A stretch of DNA of 64,000 nucleotides from Candidatus Omnitrophota bacterium (GCA_043826355.1 JBDRQI010000030.1:44102-108101), one strand, 5' to 3'; shown: positions 38,399 through 48,313, counted from the stretch's first letter. Numbers and translations are program-made. Notes: generated from the sequence alone by a model not told the origin.

Positions 38399-39394
38399 AT
38401 GATTAAATGGTTTGATTTCCCGGATGTGCGCTTTATTGTTAACGGTCTTGCCTGGTTTGAGGAAGAAAAACCTTCAGTCCGCAGGTTGCCTGTCCGGCTT
38501 AAGGGAACTTTTCGGGAATCGCTTTGGGACCTTGCTCAAAATCCAGCCGGCGGCCGGATTCGCTTCCGAACTAATGCCTTGAAAATCGGCATTAAAACGC
38601 TGTCTCCGGATAATGCGGTGATGCACCATATAACCTTAATTGGAACGGCCGGTTTTGATATTTATGCAGATGACACTTATTTTGGCAGTACCTGGCCAGG
38701 CAGCGCTGGAAAAAACGAGACTGAATGGATAGTTGGCAACAAACGCAAAATGCGCGATATTACCATTCATTTGCCTATTTATAAAAACGTTGAAATCAAA
38801 CAAATAGGCGTGGAAAAAGATGCAACCATAAAATCTCCCACACCATTTGCAATCAAGAAGCCGGTTGTTTTTTACGGCACCAGCATAACTCAGGGTGGTT
38901 GTGCCTCCAACCCCGGAGGTTCCTACCAGGCATTCCTTTCCCGTTCGTTGAACCTTGATTTTATTAATCTTGGTTTTTCCAGTAACGGAATGGGCGAACC
39001 GGAAATGGCTCACGCTATCTGCGAGATTGACTCTTCTTTCATAATATTAGATCACTGGGCGAACATCAGGCTTGGCTTGAAGGAAAACCTGCCGGTTTTT
39101 ACGGGAGTCATCCGCAAAAAGTTCCCCAAAACGCCGATAGCCGTCGTAAGTCCCTTCTTCTATTCTTCAGTTCCCGCTGAGCGGGAGAATTCCCGGATTC
39201 GAAAAGATGCGGAGGAATTCGTCAGGCAAAGGCGGAGGGAAGGTGACTGCAATATCCATTTGATTGACGGTTTGAAACTGCTTTCGCAAAAAGAAAGTTA
39301 CGGTCTGGTGGACGGAGTTCACTGTAACACCCTCGGTTTCTATTTTATCGCAAGAGGTATGGAGCCGTATTTCAAAAAAATTCTGAGTTTGTGA
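38399..39394 (+). CDS. SGNH/GDSL hydrolase
   Basis: 'YGTSITQG', 'NLGFS.NG' and 'DGVH' motifs. Confidence 0.88.
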   Translation: MIKWFDFPDVRFIVNGLAWFEEEKPSVRRLPVRLKGTFRESLWDLAQNPAGGRIRFRTNALKIGIKTLSPDNAVMHHITLIGTAGFDIYADDTYFGSTWPGSAGKNETEWIVGNKRKMRDITIHLPIYKNVEIKQIGVEKDATIKSPTPFAIKKPVVFYGTSITQGGCASNPGGSYQAFLSRSLNLDFINLGFSSNGMGEPEMAHAICEIDSSFIILDHWANIRLGLKENLPVFTGVIRKKFPKTPIAVVSPFFYSSVPAERENSRIRKDAEEFVRQRRREGDCNIHLIDGLKLLSQKESYGLVDGVHCNTLGFYFIARGMEPYFKKILSL

Positions 39395-39465
39395 AGAACG
39401 TTTTTGCGTAAGGTAAAATGTGGGCAGGGATTTTAATGTGGAATAATTATCGGGAAGGATAATCT

Positions 39466-39903
39466 ATGAAGAAAAATACGCAAAAAACGGGTTTTACGCT
39501 ATTGGAATTGATGGTAGTGTTAATTATCCTCTCTCTTCTGGCAATGCTTGCTTTGCCACGGTTCTTTGGGCGGGTGGACGATGCCAGAGTAACCACTGCC
39601 CGGGTACAGATTCAGAACCTGGAGACCGCTCTCCGGCTTTTTTATCTTGACACCGGATTTTATCCCACCACGGAACAGGGTTTAAAGGCACTGGTGGAAA
39701 AACCAGGTAATACGAGAAACTGGCGCGAGGGCGGCTATATGGAAAAAGGGGTAATACCCAAAGACCCTTGGGGCAATGATTATGATTATCGTGCCCCGGG
39801 TGAGGCCGGCCGCGAATATGAAATATTATCTTTAGGCCGGGACGGAAAAGAAGGCGGTAGCGGAATAGATGCTGATATCAAAAATTGGGAAACAGAGCAG
39901 TAG
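39466..39903 (+). CDS. gspG: Type II secretion major pseudopilin
   Basis: G^FTLLE prepilin site, 'YPTTEQGL.AL', 'PKDPWG' and 'SLGRDG..GG.G.DADI.NW'. Confidence 0.95.
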   Translation: MKKNTQKTGFTLLELMVVLIILSLLAMLALPRFFGRVDDARVTTARVQIQNLETALRLFYLDTGFYPTTEQGLKALVEKPGNTRNWREGGYMEKGVIPKDPWGNDYDYRAPGEAGREYEILSLGRDGKEGGSGIDADIKNWETEQ

Positions 39904-40219
39904 TTATAAGCAAGGCTTTACGCTGGTGGAGGTTGTGGTGGCGCTTGCCATAGTTGCCGCCAGCCTCCTGCTTCTTTTAACTGCCATCCGCCAGGGATTA
40001 AGCCGTCTGGAAGCTTGTCGTTCCGAGTTTCAGTCCTGTCTTTCAATGCAGACGGTTGTCAGCGCTTTTTCCGGCGGTATCAGCCCGCCCTCAAATGATA
40101 ATAGTTGGTTTGTCGAAGAATCTGAACCCCGGCCAGGTCTGAAGATAGTCCGGCTGCAGCGGGGGCGCGGAGAGGGTACCAGGGTATGGGTAAGCAAAAA
40201 AGAACCGGTGGCGGAATAG
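39869..40219 (+). CDS. Minor pseudopilin (GspI-like)
   Basis: G^FTLVEVVVALAI; follows gspG. Start uncertain. Confidence 0.7.
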   Translation: MLISKIGKQSSSYKQGFTLVEVVVALAIVAASLLLLLTAIRQGLSRLEACRSEFQSCLSMQTVVSAFSGGISPPSNDNSWFVEESEPRPGLKIVRLQRGRGEGTRVWVSKKEPVAE

Positions 40220-40257
40220 GGCGAACCTTCTGTGGATTTATCCCGCATGGGCGGCTT

Positions 40258-40857
40258 ATGCCTTCTGCGGGGCTTGTCCATCGGAGCTTCAGCGCAGGCG
40301 GATTTACGTTAATCGAGGTTCTCCTCTCCCTTTTCCTGGCAGCACTTATTTCCGGGATACTCTTCGCCAGCTTCTTTTTACCCTTGCGCGCTGTCAGCGC
40401 CGCCAAGGTAGAGTTGGTTAAGGTTGAGGAAGTTGCGGTCTTTCTTACCCGGTTTTCCGAAGAGATATCGGCCGCTTATCCGGAAGCGGCAAGTTTTTTC
40501 GGCACCCGGGATTCTATTTTTTTTCTCTCTTCCGCCGGTACCAACTTGGGTTTGGAGAAGATTGGTTACACGGTGAAGAATAGTGATTTTGCTGAAACAG
40601 TAACAATCTACCGCAAGGCGGGATTTCCTTACCGGACGGACGGGAACGAACAACCTGTTTTACAGGCCGAAAATATGGTCTTCAACTATTATGACGGCAC
40701 AGAATGGTCTGAGGAATGGAACGAAAAAGGCCTTCCCTTGCTGGTTGAAGTCAATCTTTACCGCAAAGGGAAATCCTTCCGGGTCTTTTGCGGCCCGAGG
40801 ACAGATACTGATTCTGACGCTGATACTGATAGCGATACTGGCGTTGGCCGCGGTTGA
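40258..40857 (+). CDS. Minor pseudopilin (GspJ-like)
   Basis: G^FTLIE and the C-terminal 'F.YYDG.EW..EW....LP..V.V' motif. Start uncertain (40186 or 40258). Confidence 0.75.
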   Translation: MPSAGLVHRSFSAGGFTLIEVLLSLFLAALISGILFASFFLPLRAVSAAKVELVKVEEVAVFLTRFSEEISAAYPEAASFFGTRDSIFFLSSAGTNLGLEKIGYTVKNSDFAETVTIYRKAGFPYRTDGNEQPVLQAENMVFNYYDGTEWSEEWNEKGLPLLVEVNLYRKGKSFRVFCGPRTDTDSDADTDSDTGVGRG

Positions 40858-41818
40858 ACTCTTGGTTTTTCTTAAGCCCAGACTGGAACTCTCCCATCAA
40901 CTACTTCGGAGAACGGCTTTGGGGAGTGCGGCGGCTACCGGAATCGACTATGCTGCTACGGTGCTGACGGAAGACCTGATTAACAATAGCGGGATTGATT
41001 CGTTGGAGGAGGCCTGGGCTCGGGAAATCGTTTATCGGCTGGACGGTATTTCGGTGACCGTGAATATTGAAGACGAAGAGCGTAAATTTCCGATTGATTA
41101 CCTGGTTGCGTCAACCGTTTCGGATACCGGAGCGCCGGTCAGACTTCGCCCAGGCGAGATTGATGAAATAAAAGAAAAAACTTTTGCAGATACCGGGAAG
41201 GTTGAGTTAAAGATAAACGAAACCAGTCTGGCGGCCTTCCAGGAACTGCTTGCAAAATTAAAAATTCCGCCTGGCTGGGCAAAAGAAGCCGTTGACTCCC
41301 TGGCCGACTGGATTGATGCCGATGACCAGCCACGCTCTTTCGGCGCCGAGGAAGAATATTACGGAATTTTTGGTTATCGGTCGCGTAATGGTTTACCCCG
41401 GACTTTGGGGGAACTTAGAGATGTCAAGGGTTTTCGGCCGGAGGTCACGGAGGTTATTTTTCCGTTCCTGTCGCCTTTTTCCCGGCAGGTTAACCTGAAT
41501 ACTGCTTCGGCGGAGGTGCTGGAATCAATCTTTGATTCCGATGAAAGTCTGCCGGTCTATTTCTTAATACAGGGCCGGCCTTTTGAGTCGGTTGCGGACG
41601 GTTTGAAACTTGCTCAAATCGGCCCGAAGATTTATAATCAATTGGAACAACGGCTTACGGTGACCAGTTCTTTTTTTTCGGTCTGGTCAACCGCGGTTGA
41701 TGAATCCGGCCGCCGGGAATCGGTTTACGCTATTTTACAAAGAGATGAAAAAAAGAGCAGGATTATTTACTGGAATCAAATTTCTTCCGGCAGCCAGCCT
41801 TTACCTGGGAGAAAATGA
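40691..41818 (+). CDS. gspK: Minor pseudopilin GspK
   Basis: RG^ plus hydrophobic helix, 'D.L.E.WA', 'I.DE', 'DWIDAD', 'GAE..YY' and 'VNLNTAS.EVL'. Start uncertain. Confidence 0.85.
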   Translation: MTAQNGLRNGTKKAFPCWLKSIFTAKGNPSGSFAARGQILILTLILIAILALAAVELLVFLKPRLELSHQLLRRTALGSAAATGIDYAATVLTEDLINNSGIDSLEEAWAREIVYRLDGISVTVNIEDEERKFPIDYLVASTVSDTGAPVRLRPGEIDEIKEKTFADTGKVELKINETSLAAFQELLAKLKIPPGWAKEAVDSLADWIDADDQPRSFGAEEEYYGIFGYRSRNGLPRTLGELRDVKGFRPEVTEVIFPFLSPFSRQVNLNTASAEVLESIFDSDESLPVYFLIQGRPFESVADGLKLAQIGPKIYNQLEQRLTVTSSFFSVWSTAVDESGRRESVYAILQRDEKKSRIIYWNQISSGSQPLPGRK

Positions 41819-42983
41819 GGCCTCGCTTTCTATTTTGACCCGCAAGGGGTTTTTTTCAAGAGAGGAAGCCAGGCAGGAGTTTCAAGCGGAAACCCTCCGG
41901 GAGATGCTGGAACAGGCCGCAGCTTTTCTCCGGACCAACCCCCCGGCTAAATTGACCGTTGTTTTAAGCCATTCTTTTTTTCTGGAAAGAACTGTTTTTC
42001 TGCCTTTCCGGCGCCGGAAAGCGGTTTCCCTGGTCCTGTCGGGAGAACTCGCCCCCCTGTTGTCGTCTTCTCTTTCGGAATATTTTTATGATTTTGTGGT
42101 GCCGGAAGCCGAGCACCTGCCGGTTACCGTTTTTCTCCTGCCGGCAGCAGTCCACCAGTCCATCAGCGAAGCTTTTTCGGGTATTCCGGTTTGGATTGTG
42201 CCGTTAGGCCTTGTTTTGAGCCGGCATCCGGCAGTTACCCGTTCGAAAAATGCCTTGCTTTTGGTATCCGGTAAAACTCAGGCCCGGCTGTTCTTTTTCC
42301 AAAAAGGAAAGTATATCCTGGGCCGCAGTTTTAATTTCGGTGAATCCGATTACCGGAAACGCCTTGCGGAAGAGAAGGGGTTTCTGCTTCATTCCAGCCG
42401 TTTTCCGGAGATGGAGCCGGAACCGGTTACCCCGGACGAAAGGCTTGTTTTTGGCCTTTCGTTGCGGCCGCAGGATTTTGCGTTGAAAAAGGGCGGCCAG
42501 ATATCCCGAGCGAAGAATATTTCTCTTTCATATCTTACGGTTGGCGGGCTTGTCATACTCTGGCTTCTTTTTTTCGCTTCTTTGAGGGCAAAGAACACCG
42601 CATTTCTTTCTTACCGGCAGGTCAGCGGTGAGCTGGCGCAGCAGAAAGAGGCGGCGCAGGTAGGGGGTGCTTCCCTGGCGTCTATCCTTTCGGATAAGAA
42701 CGTCACCCTCCTTCTTCAGGATGAGCTTTCACCCCTGGAAACGTTCAGCCGTTTTAACGAGGCGCTTCCGAATGACCTTCCTCTGATGCTGGACTATCTT
42801 CAGATGGACCGCCAGAAACTGATCTTAAACGGTACGCTCGGTGCTCCGGCCCAGGTGGATATGCTGGTGAATAAACTGACCGCATCCGGCTGGTTTAAAG
42901 AGGTTGTGTTGGGAGAACTGAGGATTGAAGGCGGAAGCGTAAAGTTCCCCCTGACCGCAAAGATTGCCATTGTTCAAAAATAA
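41745..42983 (+). CDS. GspL/PilN-like assembly protein
   Basis: Cytoplasmic domain ('RTVFLPF'), a single TM helix and a PilN-like C-terminus; follows gspK. Confidence 0.6.
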   Translation: MKKRAGLFTGIKFLPAASLYLGENEASLSILTRKGFFSREEARQEFQAETLREMLEQAAAFLRTNPPAKLTVVLSHSFFLERTVFLPFRRRKAVSLVLSGELAPLLSSSLSEYFYDFVVPEAEHLPVTVFLLPAAVHQSISEAFSGIPVWIVPLGLVLSRHPAVTRSKNALLLVSGKTQARLFFFQKGKYILGRSFNFGESDYRKRLAEEKGFLLHSSRFPEMEPEPVTPDERLVFGLSLRPQDFALKKGGQISRAKNISLSYLTVGGLVILWLLFFASLRAKNTAFLSYRQVSGELAQQKEAAQVGGASLASILSDKNVTLLLQDELSPLETFSRFNEALPNDLPLMLDYLQMDRQKLILNGTLGAPAQVDMLVNKLTASGWFKEVVLGELRIEGGSVKFPLTAKIAIVQK

Positions 42984-42984
42984 A

Positions 42985-43476
42985 ATGAAGATAGACCGTA
43001 AATTTATGATTCTGGCAGTTGTCGTTCTTTGTCTCTTGGCAATACGTCTGGCGATTATGCCAAATTGGCAGGCGGCCGGGAAACTTAAAAAGGAGACAGC
43101 CGATTTAAATAAATCTTTAAATTCTTTGGCCGCCCTGAACGCTGAATATCTTTCAGCGCGCCGCAGTCTGGAAGCGGCCTTGCGCCGGGACGGTTCCGCC
43201 GGAATTCTTTCGGCGGTTCAGAAGAAGGCGCAGGAGATGGGAATTTCTGAAAAATTAAAAACGGTTACGCCGGTTGTCCGCGATTTAAATACCGCATTTC
43301 AACTGGAGGGTTACGACTTGCGCCTGGAAGAAATTGGCCTGAAAGAGATGATTATTTTTTCGGAATCCATGCAAAAGGAAGAGGGTTTCTATCTGGACCG
43401 GATCGTTCTGGAAAAGAGCAAGGACGAAATGAGTCTTTCCGCCCGTTTGCGCGTTTTGACCATCAGGAAACTGTGA
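42985..43476 (+). CDS. GspM-like protein
   Basis: N-terminal TM helix, coiled coil and ferredoxin-like tail; follows the gspL-like gene. Confidence 0.55.
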   Translation: MKIDRKFMILAVVVLCLLAIRLAIMPNWQAAGKLKKETADLNKSLNSLAALNAEYLSARRSLEAALRRDGSAGILSAVQKKAQEMGISEKLKTVTPVVRDLNTAFQLEGYDLRLEEIGLKEMIIFSESMQKEEGFYLDRIVLEKSKDEMSLSARLRVLTIRKL

Positions 43477-44609
43477 ACCAGCCAAAAAGAAGAAGAATAT
43501 TCATCTGCACCACAGACCACTCCGGAGATTTTCACGGCGCTTTACTTGCTGCGGCGCTGAAGAAGGAGAGCCCGCAGGTTGAACTTTGCGGCGTAGGCGG
43601 CGGATTAATGGCCGGTCAGGGCGTGCGTCTTCTCTTCAACCCGGTCTCCCACGCCGTGGTGGGTTTTTTTGAAATCATGCGCTCCCTTCCGACCTGGCGG
43701 AAATTCCTAGACCGGGCGACTGAGGGTGTGCTTCAAGAGAAGCCGGAGAAGGTCGTCCTGATCGACTCGCCCAGCTTTAACCTCCGCTTGTTGCGTCGGC
43801 TTAAGGATAATAAAAAACAGCGTTTCATCTATTATATCAGCCCGCAGGTCTGGGCCTGGGGCAGCGGCCGGGTTAAAGAAATCGCGGCTTTTTGCGAACG
43901 GGTTCTGGTTATCTTTCCGTTTGAAGAAGATATTTACCGGAAAGCCGGCGTGCCGGTCTCTTTTGTCGGTCACCCGTTTCTGGATACGGTAAAGCCGCTC
44001 CTTAACCCTTTGGATTCTTTTCGCTTTTTCGGTCTTTTTTCGGATAAACCAGTGCTCCTGCTTCTACCGGGCAGCCGTCTTTCCGAAGTGAGGGCTATCT
44101 TTCCCGCAATGGCGGAGGTGGCACGGCGCCTGGCGCGGGATGGCCCGGTTCAGGCGGTGGTCTATCCGGCCAGCCCTGAAATCAGCCGGGAATTTTCCGG
44201 TTTAAAAGGGATAAAAATTATTACCGGAGGCGATAAGTACAGCCTTTTTTCCATTGCCGCCCTGGCGTTGGCCGCCTCCGGCAGCGTAACGCTGGAGCTC
44301 ACCCTGCTTTCCGTGCCTTACGCTCTGCTTTACCGTCTTTCGGCGCTGACCTATTCCATTTTACGGCCAATGGTGCGTGTTCCTTACGCCGGGATTGCCA
44401 ACCTGCTGGCCGGGAAGAAGGTGGCGCCGGAATTTATCCAGGCGCATTGCCGGCCGGATCACATCCTGCCGGTTGTCCGGGGATTGCTCCGGGATGAACA
44501 GAGCCGGAATATAATGAAGGAAGAATTTACGAAAATAAGAAATATGCTGGGACAGCCCGGCGCAGCCGGCCGCGCCGCACACGAAATCCTAAGAAACGTG
44601 TCACCCTGA
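43473..44609 (+). CDS. lpxB: Lipid-A-disaccharide synthase
   Basis: 'SGD.HGA', 'ID.P.FN', 'YYISPQVWAW', 'FVGHP', 'LLPGSR' and 'ASG..TLE' motifs. Confidence 0.93.
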   Translation: MNQPKRRRIFICTTDHSGDFHGALLAAALKKESPQVELCGVGGGLMAGQGVRLLFNPVSHAVVGFFEIMRSLPTWRKFLDRATEGVLQEKPEKVVLIDSPSFNLRLLRRLKDNKKQRFIYYISPQVWAWGSGRVKEIAAFCERVLVIFPFEEDIYRKAGVPVSFVGHPFLDTVKPLLNPLDSFRFFGLFSDKPVLLLLPGSRLSEVRAIFPAMAEVARRLARDGPVQAVVYPASPEISREFSGLKGIKIITGGDKYSLFSIAALALAASGSVTLELTLLSVPYALLYRLSALTYSILRPMVRVPYAGIANLLAGKKVAPEFIQAHCRPDHILPVVRGLLRDEQSRNIMKEEFTKIRNMLGQPGAAGRAAHEILRNVSP

Positions 44610-44716
44610 GATGTTAATGATGTCATCCTGGGCGCGACATAACCTGTCATCCTGAGCCGCAGTTGCGAAGGATCTCTCTTTAACAACGGGATTCTTCGCT
44701 TGCGGCTCAGAATGAC
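44599..44716. repeat. REP-like family A element with partial upstream copies
   Basis: Full unit at 44645-44716, plus TGTCA(C/T)CCTG half-units at 44599 and 44621. Confidence 0.85.
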
Positions 44717-44718
44717 GT

Positions 44719-46536
44719 ATGTTTATGTATAACTTGTGGTTGAACCTCCGTAAACTGGAGAAATATTTTAAGATCTCCTGGGGCCTGCTGGTCGCTTCTG
44801 TCTTCCTGATGGCAATTGACGCCCTGTTAGGCGGTATTTCTGTATCTGCAGTCGCTCCGCTTATTGACCGGGTTTTTAACAAGGTTGAATTCGTTCTGCC
44901 GCCCGACCTGCCTCATTTTTTAAATAATTCCCTTTCCGGCATCTTAGAAATAATCAACCGCCTGCCGCCCCTCGTCCTTTTAAGAAATATGCTGGCAATT
45001 GTTTTTACGGTGATAGCCGTAAAAGCGGTTGTTGCTTTTTTCCAGATATATTTCAATAACAAATTTGCCCTGATTATTATTAACCGGCTGCGGATGAGAA
45101 TCTTTGAAAAATATCTCCGCGCGCCCCTTTCCGAAAGCCAGAAGAAGAAGGTGGGCGAACGGATTTCCCATTTTACTTACGATGTCGGAATTCTTAATTC
45201 AACCCTGAACAGCACCCTCTCCAAACTGATACTCAATTTCTTCCAGGTAATTGTTTACTTTTCAATCATTCTCTTGATTAACTGGCGGCTTACCCTTCTT
45301 TCGCTTCTAATTCTGCCTGCTTTTGCCCTGCCGCTGGCGCAGATAGGCGGTAAGATACGGAAATTAACCAAAAAGAGCCAGGTCTCTTTCGGCAAGGTAA
45401 ACAGTTATATTCAGGAAGTTCTGGTAAACCTGCCGGTGGTCAAGGCGTACGTAGCGGAAAACCGTGAGAAGGAACGTTTTGACCGGGAAATCAGAAACTT
45501 TTTCCGTCTTTCCTTGAAGAGCGTCAAACGCCATGCCACCCTTGCCCAGATTACGGAACTGGTGGCCGCAATTGCCGCTGTTTTGTTGCTCTATTTCGGC
45601 GCCCGGCTGGTAGCCAGAAGTGTTTTAACCATCGGCCATTTTATGGTTTTTATCGTCGGTCTTTTCGCCGCTTTTTCGCCGTTGAAGACAATCATCAATA
45701 ACCTGGCCAGCCTCCAAACAGCGGCCGCGGTCTTTCCGCGGGTCTTTTCCGTGTTGGAGGAAGAAGACGAAAAAGAGACCGGAGAGAAGATAGTTTCCGG
45801 ATTTGCTTCCGAGATAGTTTTTGATTCGGTCTCATTCCGTTACGGGGGCAAGAAACTGGTTCTGGACGGACTTTCATTCCGGTTGGGCCGGGGCAAGCGG
45901 CTGGGTATTGTGGGTGAGAGCGGAGTCGGCAAAACCACCATCATCAATCTTTTGCTCCGGTTTTACCAGCCGACCGGGGGTCGGATTACGATTGACGATA
46001 TTCCGGTTTGCCGCTTTACTCTCCACAGTTACCGGCGAATCTTCGGGCTGGTAACCCAGGACTCGCTTCTTTTCAACGATACGATTGCCAACAACATTAT
46101 TTACGGAAGGCCGGACGCCAGGCCGGAGGAAGTTGTAGAAGCAGCCCGGGTTGCCAATATCCATTCCCTGATTGAATCCCTGCCGGAAAAGTATGATACC
46201 TTGATTGGGGAACGGGGAGCCCTTCTTTCCGGCGGAGAGAGGCAGCGGCTGGCTTTGGCCCGGGCGGTTCTGGCCGACCCGAAAATTTTGATTTTGGACG
46301 AGGCGACCAGCAACCTTGATTCCGAATCCGAGCGCCTGGTCCAGGACGCGATGGAGAAGGTAATTGCCGGCCGAACCTGTCTGATAATCGCCCACCGGCT
46401 GTCAACCCTGCGAAACTGCGATTGGATTATTGTTTTGGAGAAAGGGAAGATTTTGGAGGAAGGCACGCACCGGGAACTTCTGGAAAAACAGGGACGTTAC
46501 CACTATCTGTACGCCCTTCAACAAAGAAAAACATAA
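44719..46536 (+). CDS. msbA: MsbA-like ABC exporter
   Basis: TM domain plus GESGVGKT, LSGGERQR and LDEATS; adjacent to lpxB. Confidence 0.8.
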   Translation: MFMYNLWLNLRKLEKYFKISWGLLVASVFLMAIDALLGGISVSAVAPLIDRVFNKVEFVLPPDLPHFLNNSLSGILEIINRLPPLVLLRNMLAIVFTVIAVKAVVAFFQIYFNNKFALIIINRLRMRIFEKYLRAPLSESQKKKVGERISHFTYDVGILNSTLNSTLSKLILNFFQVIVYFSIILLINWRLTLLSLLILPAFALPLAQIGGKIRKLTKKSQVSFGKVNSYIQEVLVNLPVVKAYVAENREKERFDREIRNFFRLSLKSVKRHATLAQITELVAAIAAVLLLYFGARLVARSVLTIGHFMVFIVGLFAAFSPLKTIINNLASLQTAAAVFPRVFSVLEEEDEKETGEKIVSGFASEIVFDSVSFRYGGKKLVLDGLSFRLGRGKRLGIVGESGVGKTTIINLLLRFYQPTGGRITIDDIPVCRFTLHSYRRIFGLVTQDSLLFNDTIANNIIYGRPDARPEEVVEAARVANIHSLIESLPEKYDTLIGERGALLSGGERQRLALARAVLADPKILILDEATSNLDSESERLVQDAMEKVIAGRTCLIIAHRLSTLRNCDWIIVLEKGKILEEGTHRELLEKQGRYHYLYALQQRKT

Positions 46537-46566
46537 CTGTCATTCCCGGCAGCCTGTCCCCGGGTT

Positions 46567-46638
46567 TGTCATCCTGAGCCGTGATTGCGAAGGATCTCTC
46601 TTTAACGACGGGATTCTTCGCTACCGCTCAGAATGACA
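46567..46638. repeat. REP-like family A element between convergent genes
   Basis: TGTCATCCTGAG...CTCAGAATGACA. Confidence 0.85.
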
Positions 46639-46641
46639 ACG

Positions 46642-48189
46642 TTACCCTTTCATCAACTTATAATCAATACTGTCTGTTAACGCCTGGAGGCTTGCCTCAA
46701 TGATATTTTCGGACAGGCCTACCGTCCCCCAGCTTTCGTTCTGGTCGGAGGACTCAATTAAAACCCGCACCTTGGCCGCGGTGGCTGCTTCCGGGTTGAG
46801 CACCCGCACCTTGTAGTCGGTCAACCGCATTTCAGCCAGCGCCGGATAGAATTTAATCAGCGCCTTCCGTAAAGCGGCGTCCAGGGCGTTGACCGGTCCG
46901 TCGCCTTCGGCGATCGTGTGTTCCGTTTTATCTCCCACCTTAACCTTGACGGCTGCTTCCGAAACCATCAGCCCGGTTTTCCGCTCCACGATGACCCGGA
47001 ATTCTTTGAGGTGAAAGAACTTCGGCCGTTTCCCCAGTCCTTCCGCTACCAGGAGTTGGAAAGAACCGTCGGCCGCTTCAAATTGGTAGCCCTCTTTCTC
47101 CAGTTTGGTCAACCGTTCCAGAATTTTTTTCGTTTCCGGCCCCTTCTGTTTTATGCCGAAACGCGCAATTTTAAAGAGAATCGTGGCGCTGCCGGACAGC
47201 TCCGAAACCAGAATGCGGCGTTCGTTGCCGACCAGGGCCGGGTCGATATGTTCGTAACTTTTCGTCTCTTTCCTTACCGCATCCACGTGAACGCCGCCCT
47301 TGTGGGCAAAGGCGGAGATGCCGACGAACGGCTGGTTGTTGACCGGCACCAGGTTGGCCAGTTCATAGACATACCGGGAAAGGCCGCTGATCTGCTTCAG
47401 TTGTTCCGGTTCCAGGCATCGGCGGCCCATCTTCAACTGCAGGGTGGGAATGATGACCAGCAAGTCGGCGTTCCCGCACCGTTCGCCCAAACCGTTGACG
47501 GTGCCCTGAACCTGGATGGCGCCCGCGGTAACTGCCGCCAGCGTATTGGCAACCGCCAATCCGCCGTCGTTATGGGTATGAATTCCCAGCGGTGTTTTTA
47601 TTCTTTTCTTAACTGCCGCGAAAGCGGCTGCTACCTGTTCGGGAAGGAAGCCGCCGTTGGTGTCGCACAGGACGATTCTTTCCGCGCCGGCTTCTTCGGC
47701 CGCCTGGACGGATTTTAAAGCGTATTCGGGATTTTCCCGGTATCCATCAAAAAAATGTTCCGCGTCAAAAAAAACGCGGCGTCCCTTTTTGCGCAGGTAT
47801 TCAATGGAGTTGGATATCAGGTCCAGATTTTCGGAAGAAGATATCCGCAGGACTTTTTTAACGTGCAAGTCCCAGGATTTGCCGAAGAGGGTAATTACCT
47901 CGGTCTCCGCCTCCAATAATTTCTGAAGGTTTTTATCGTTTGCCGCGGGCGCCCCAGCCCGGCAGGTACTGCCGAAAGCGGTGATTTTCGCTTTTTTCAA
48001 ACTCAACTTGCGGGATTTTTGAAAGAACTCCTCGTCTTTGGGGTTGCTGCCCGGCCAGCCGCATTCGATATAGTCAAAGCCGAAATCGTCCAGTTTATGG
48101 ACAATTTTGAACTTATCCTCCAGGGAAAAGGAGACCCGCTCTCCCTGGCTGCCGTCCCTTAATGTGGTATCATAAACCTCAATCTTCAT
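46642..48189 (-). CDS. cimA: Citramalate synthase
   Basis: 'DTTLRDGSQ', 'GWPGSNPKD', 'DAEHFFDG', 'HKGGVH' and 'GDGPVNALD' motifs. Confidence 0.92.
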   Translation of the reverse strand: MKIEVYDTTLRDGSQGERVSFSLEDKFKIVHKLDDFGFDYIECGWPGSNPKDEEFFQKSRKLSLKKAKITAFGSTCRAGAPAANDKNLQKLLEAETEVITLFGKSWDLHVKKVLRISSSENLDLISNSIEYLRKKGRRVFFDAEHFFDGYRENPEYALKSVQAAEEAGAERIVLCDTNGGFLPEQVAAAFAAVKKRIKTPLGIHTHNDGGLAVANTLAAVTAGAIQVQGTVNGLGERCGNADLLVIIPTLQLKMGRRCLEPEQLKQISGLSRYVYELANLVPVNNQPFVGISAFAHKGGVHVDAVRKETKSYEHIDPALVGNERRILVSELSGSATILFKIARFGIKQKGPETKKILERLTKLEKEGYQFEAADGSFQLLVAEGLGKRPKFFHLKEFRVIVERKTGLMVSEAAVKVKVGDKTEHTIAEGDGPVNALDAALRKALIKFYPALAEMRLTDYKVRVLNPEAATAAKVRVLIESSDQNESWGTVGLSENIIEASLQALTDSIDYKLMKG

Positions 48190-48199
48190 AATCGTAATC

Positions 48200-48313
48200 A
48201 TTGCGTGTCCGCCAGAGGCGGACACGCAATCTCGTTGCTAAAGAGAGATCCTTCGCAACTGCGGCTCAGAATGACAGATGGGTTTGTCATTCTGAGCGAT
48301 AGCGAAGAATCTC
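48200..48313. repeat. Perfect palindrome plus two family A half-elements
   Basis: ATTGCGTGTCCGCC-AGA-GGCGGACACGCAAT (48200-48230), with family A units at 48245-48276 and 48285-48313. Confidence 0.85.

Noticed and set aside
40274..40303. Possible repeat-derived prepilin leader (LVHRSFSAGG) in the gspJ-like gene
   Set aside because: The palindrome is imperfect and there is no second copy in the window to support it.
46918..47718. 266-aa plus-strand ORF
   Set aside because: Antisense to cimA with no independent features.
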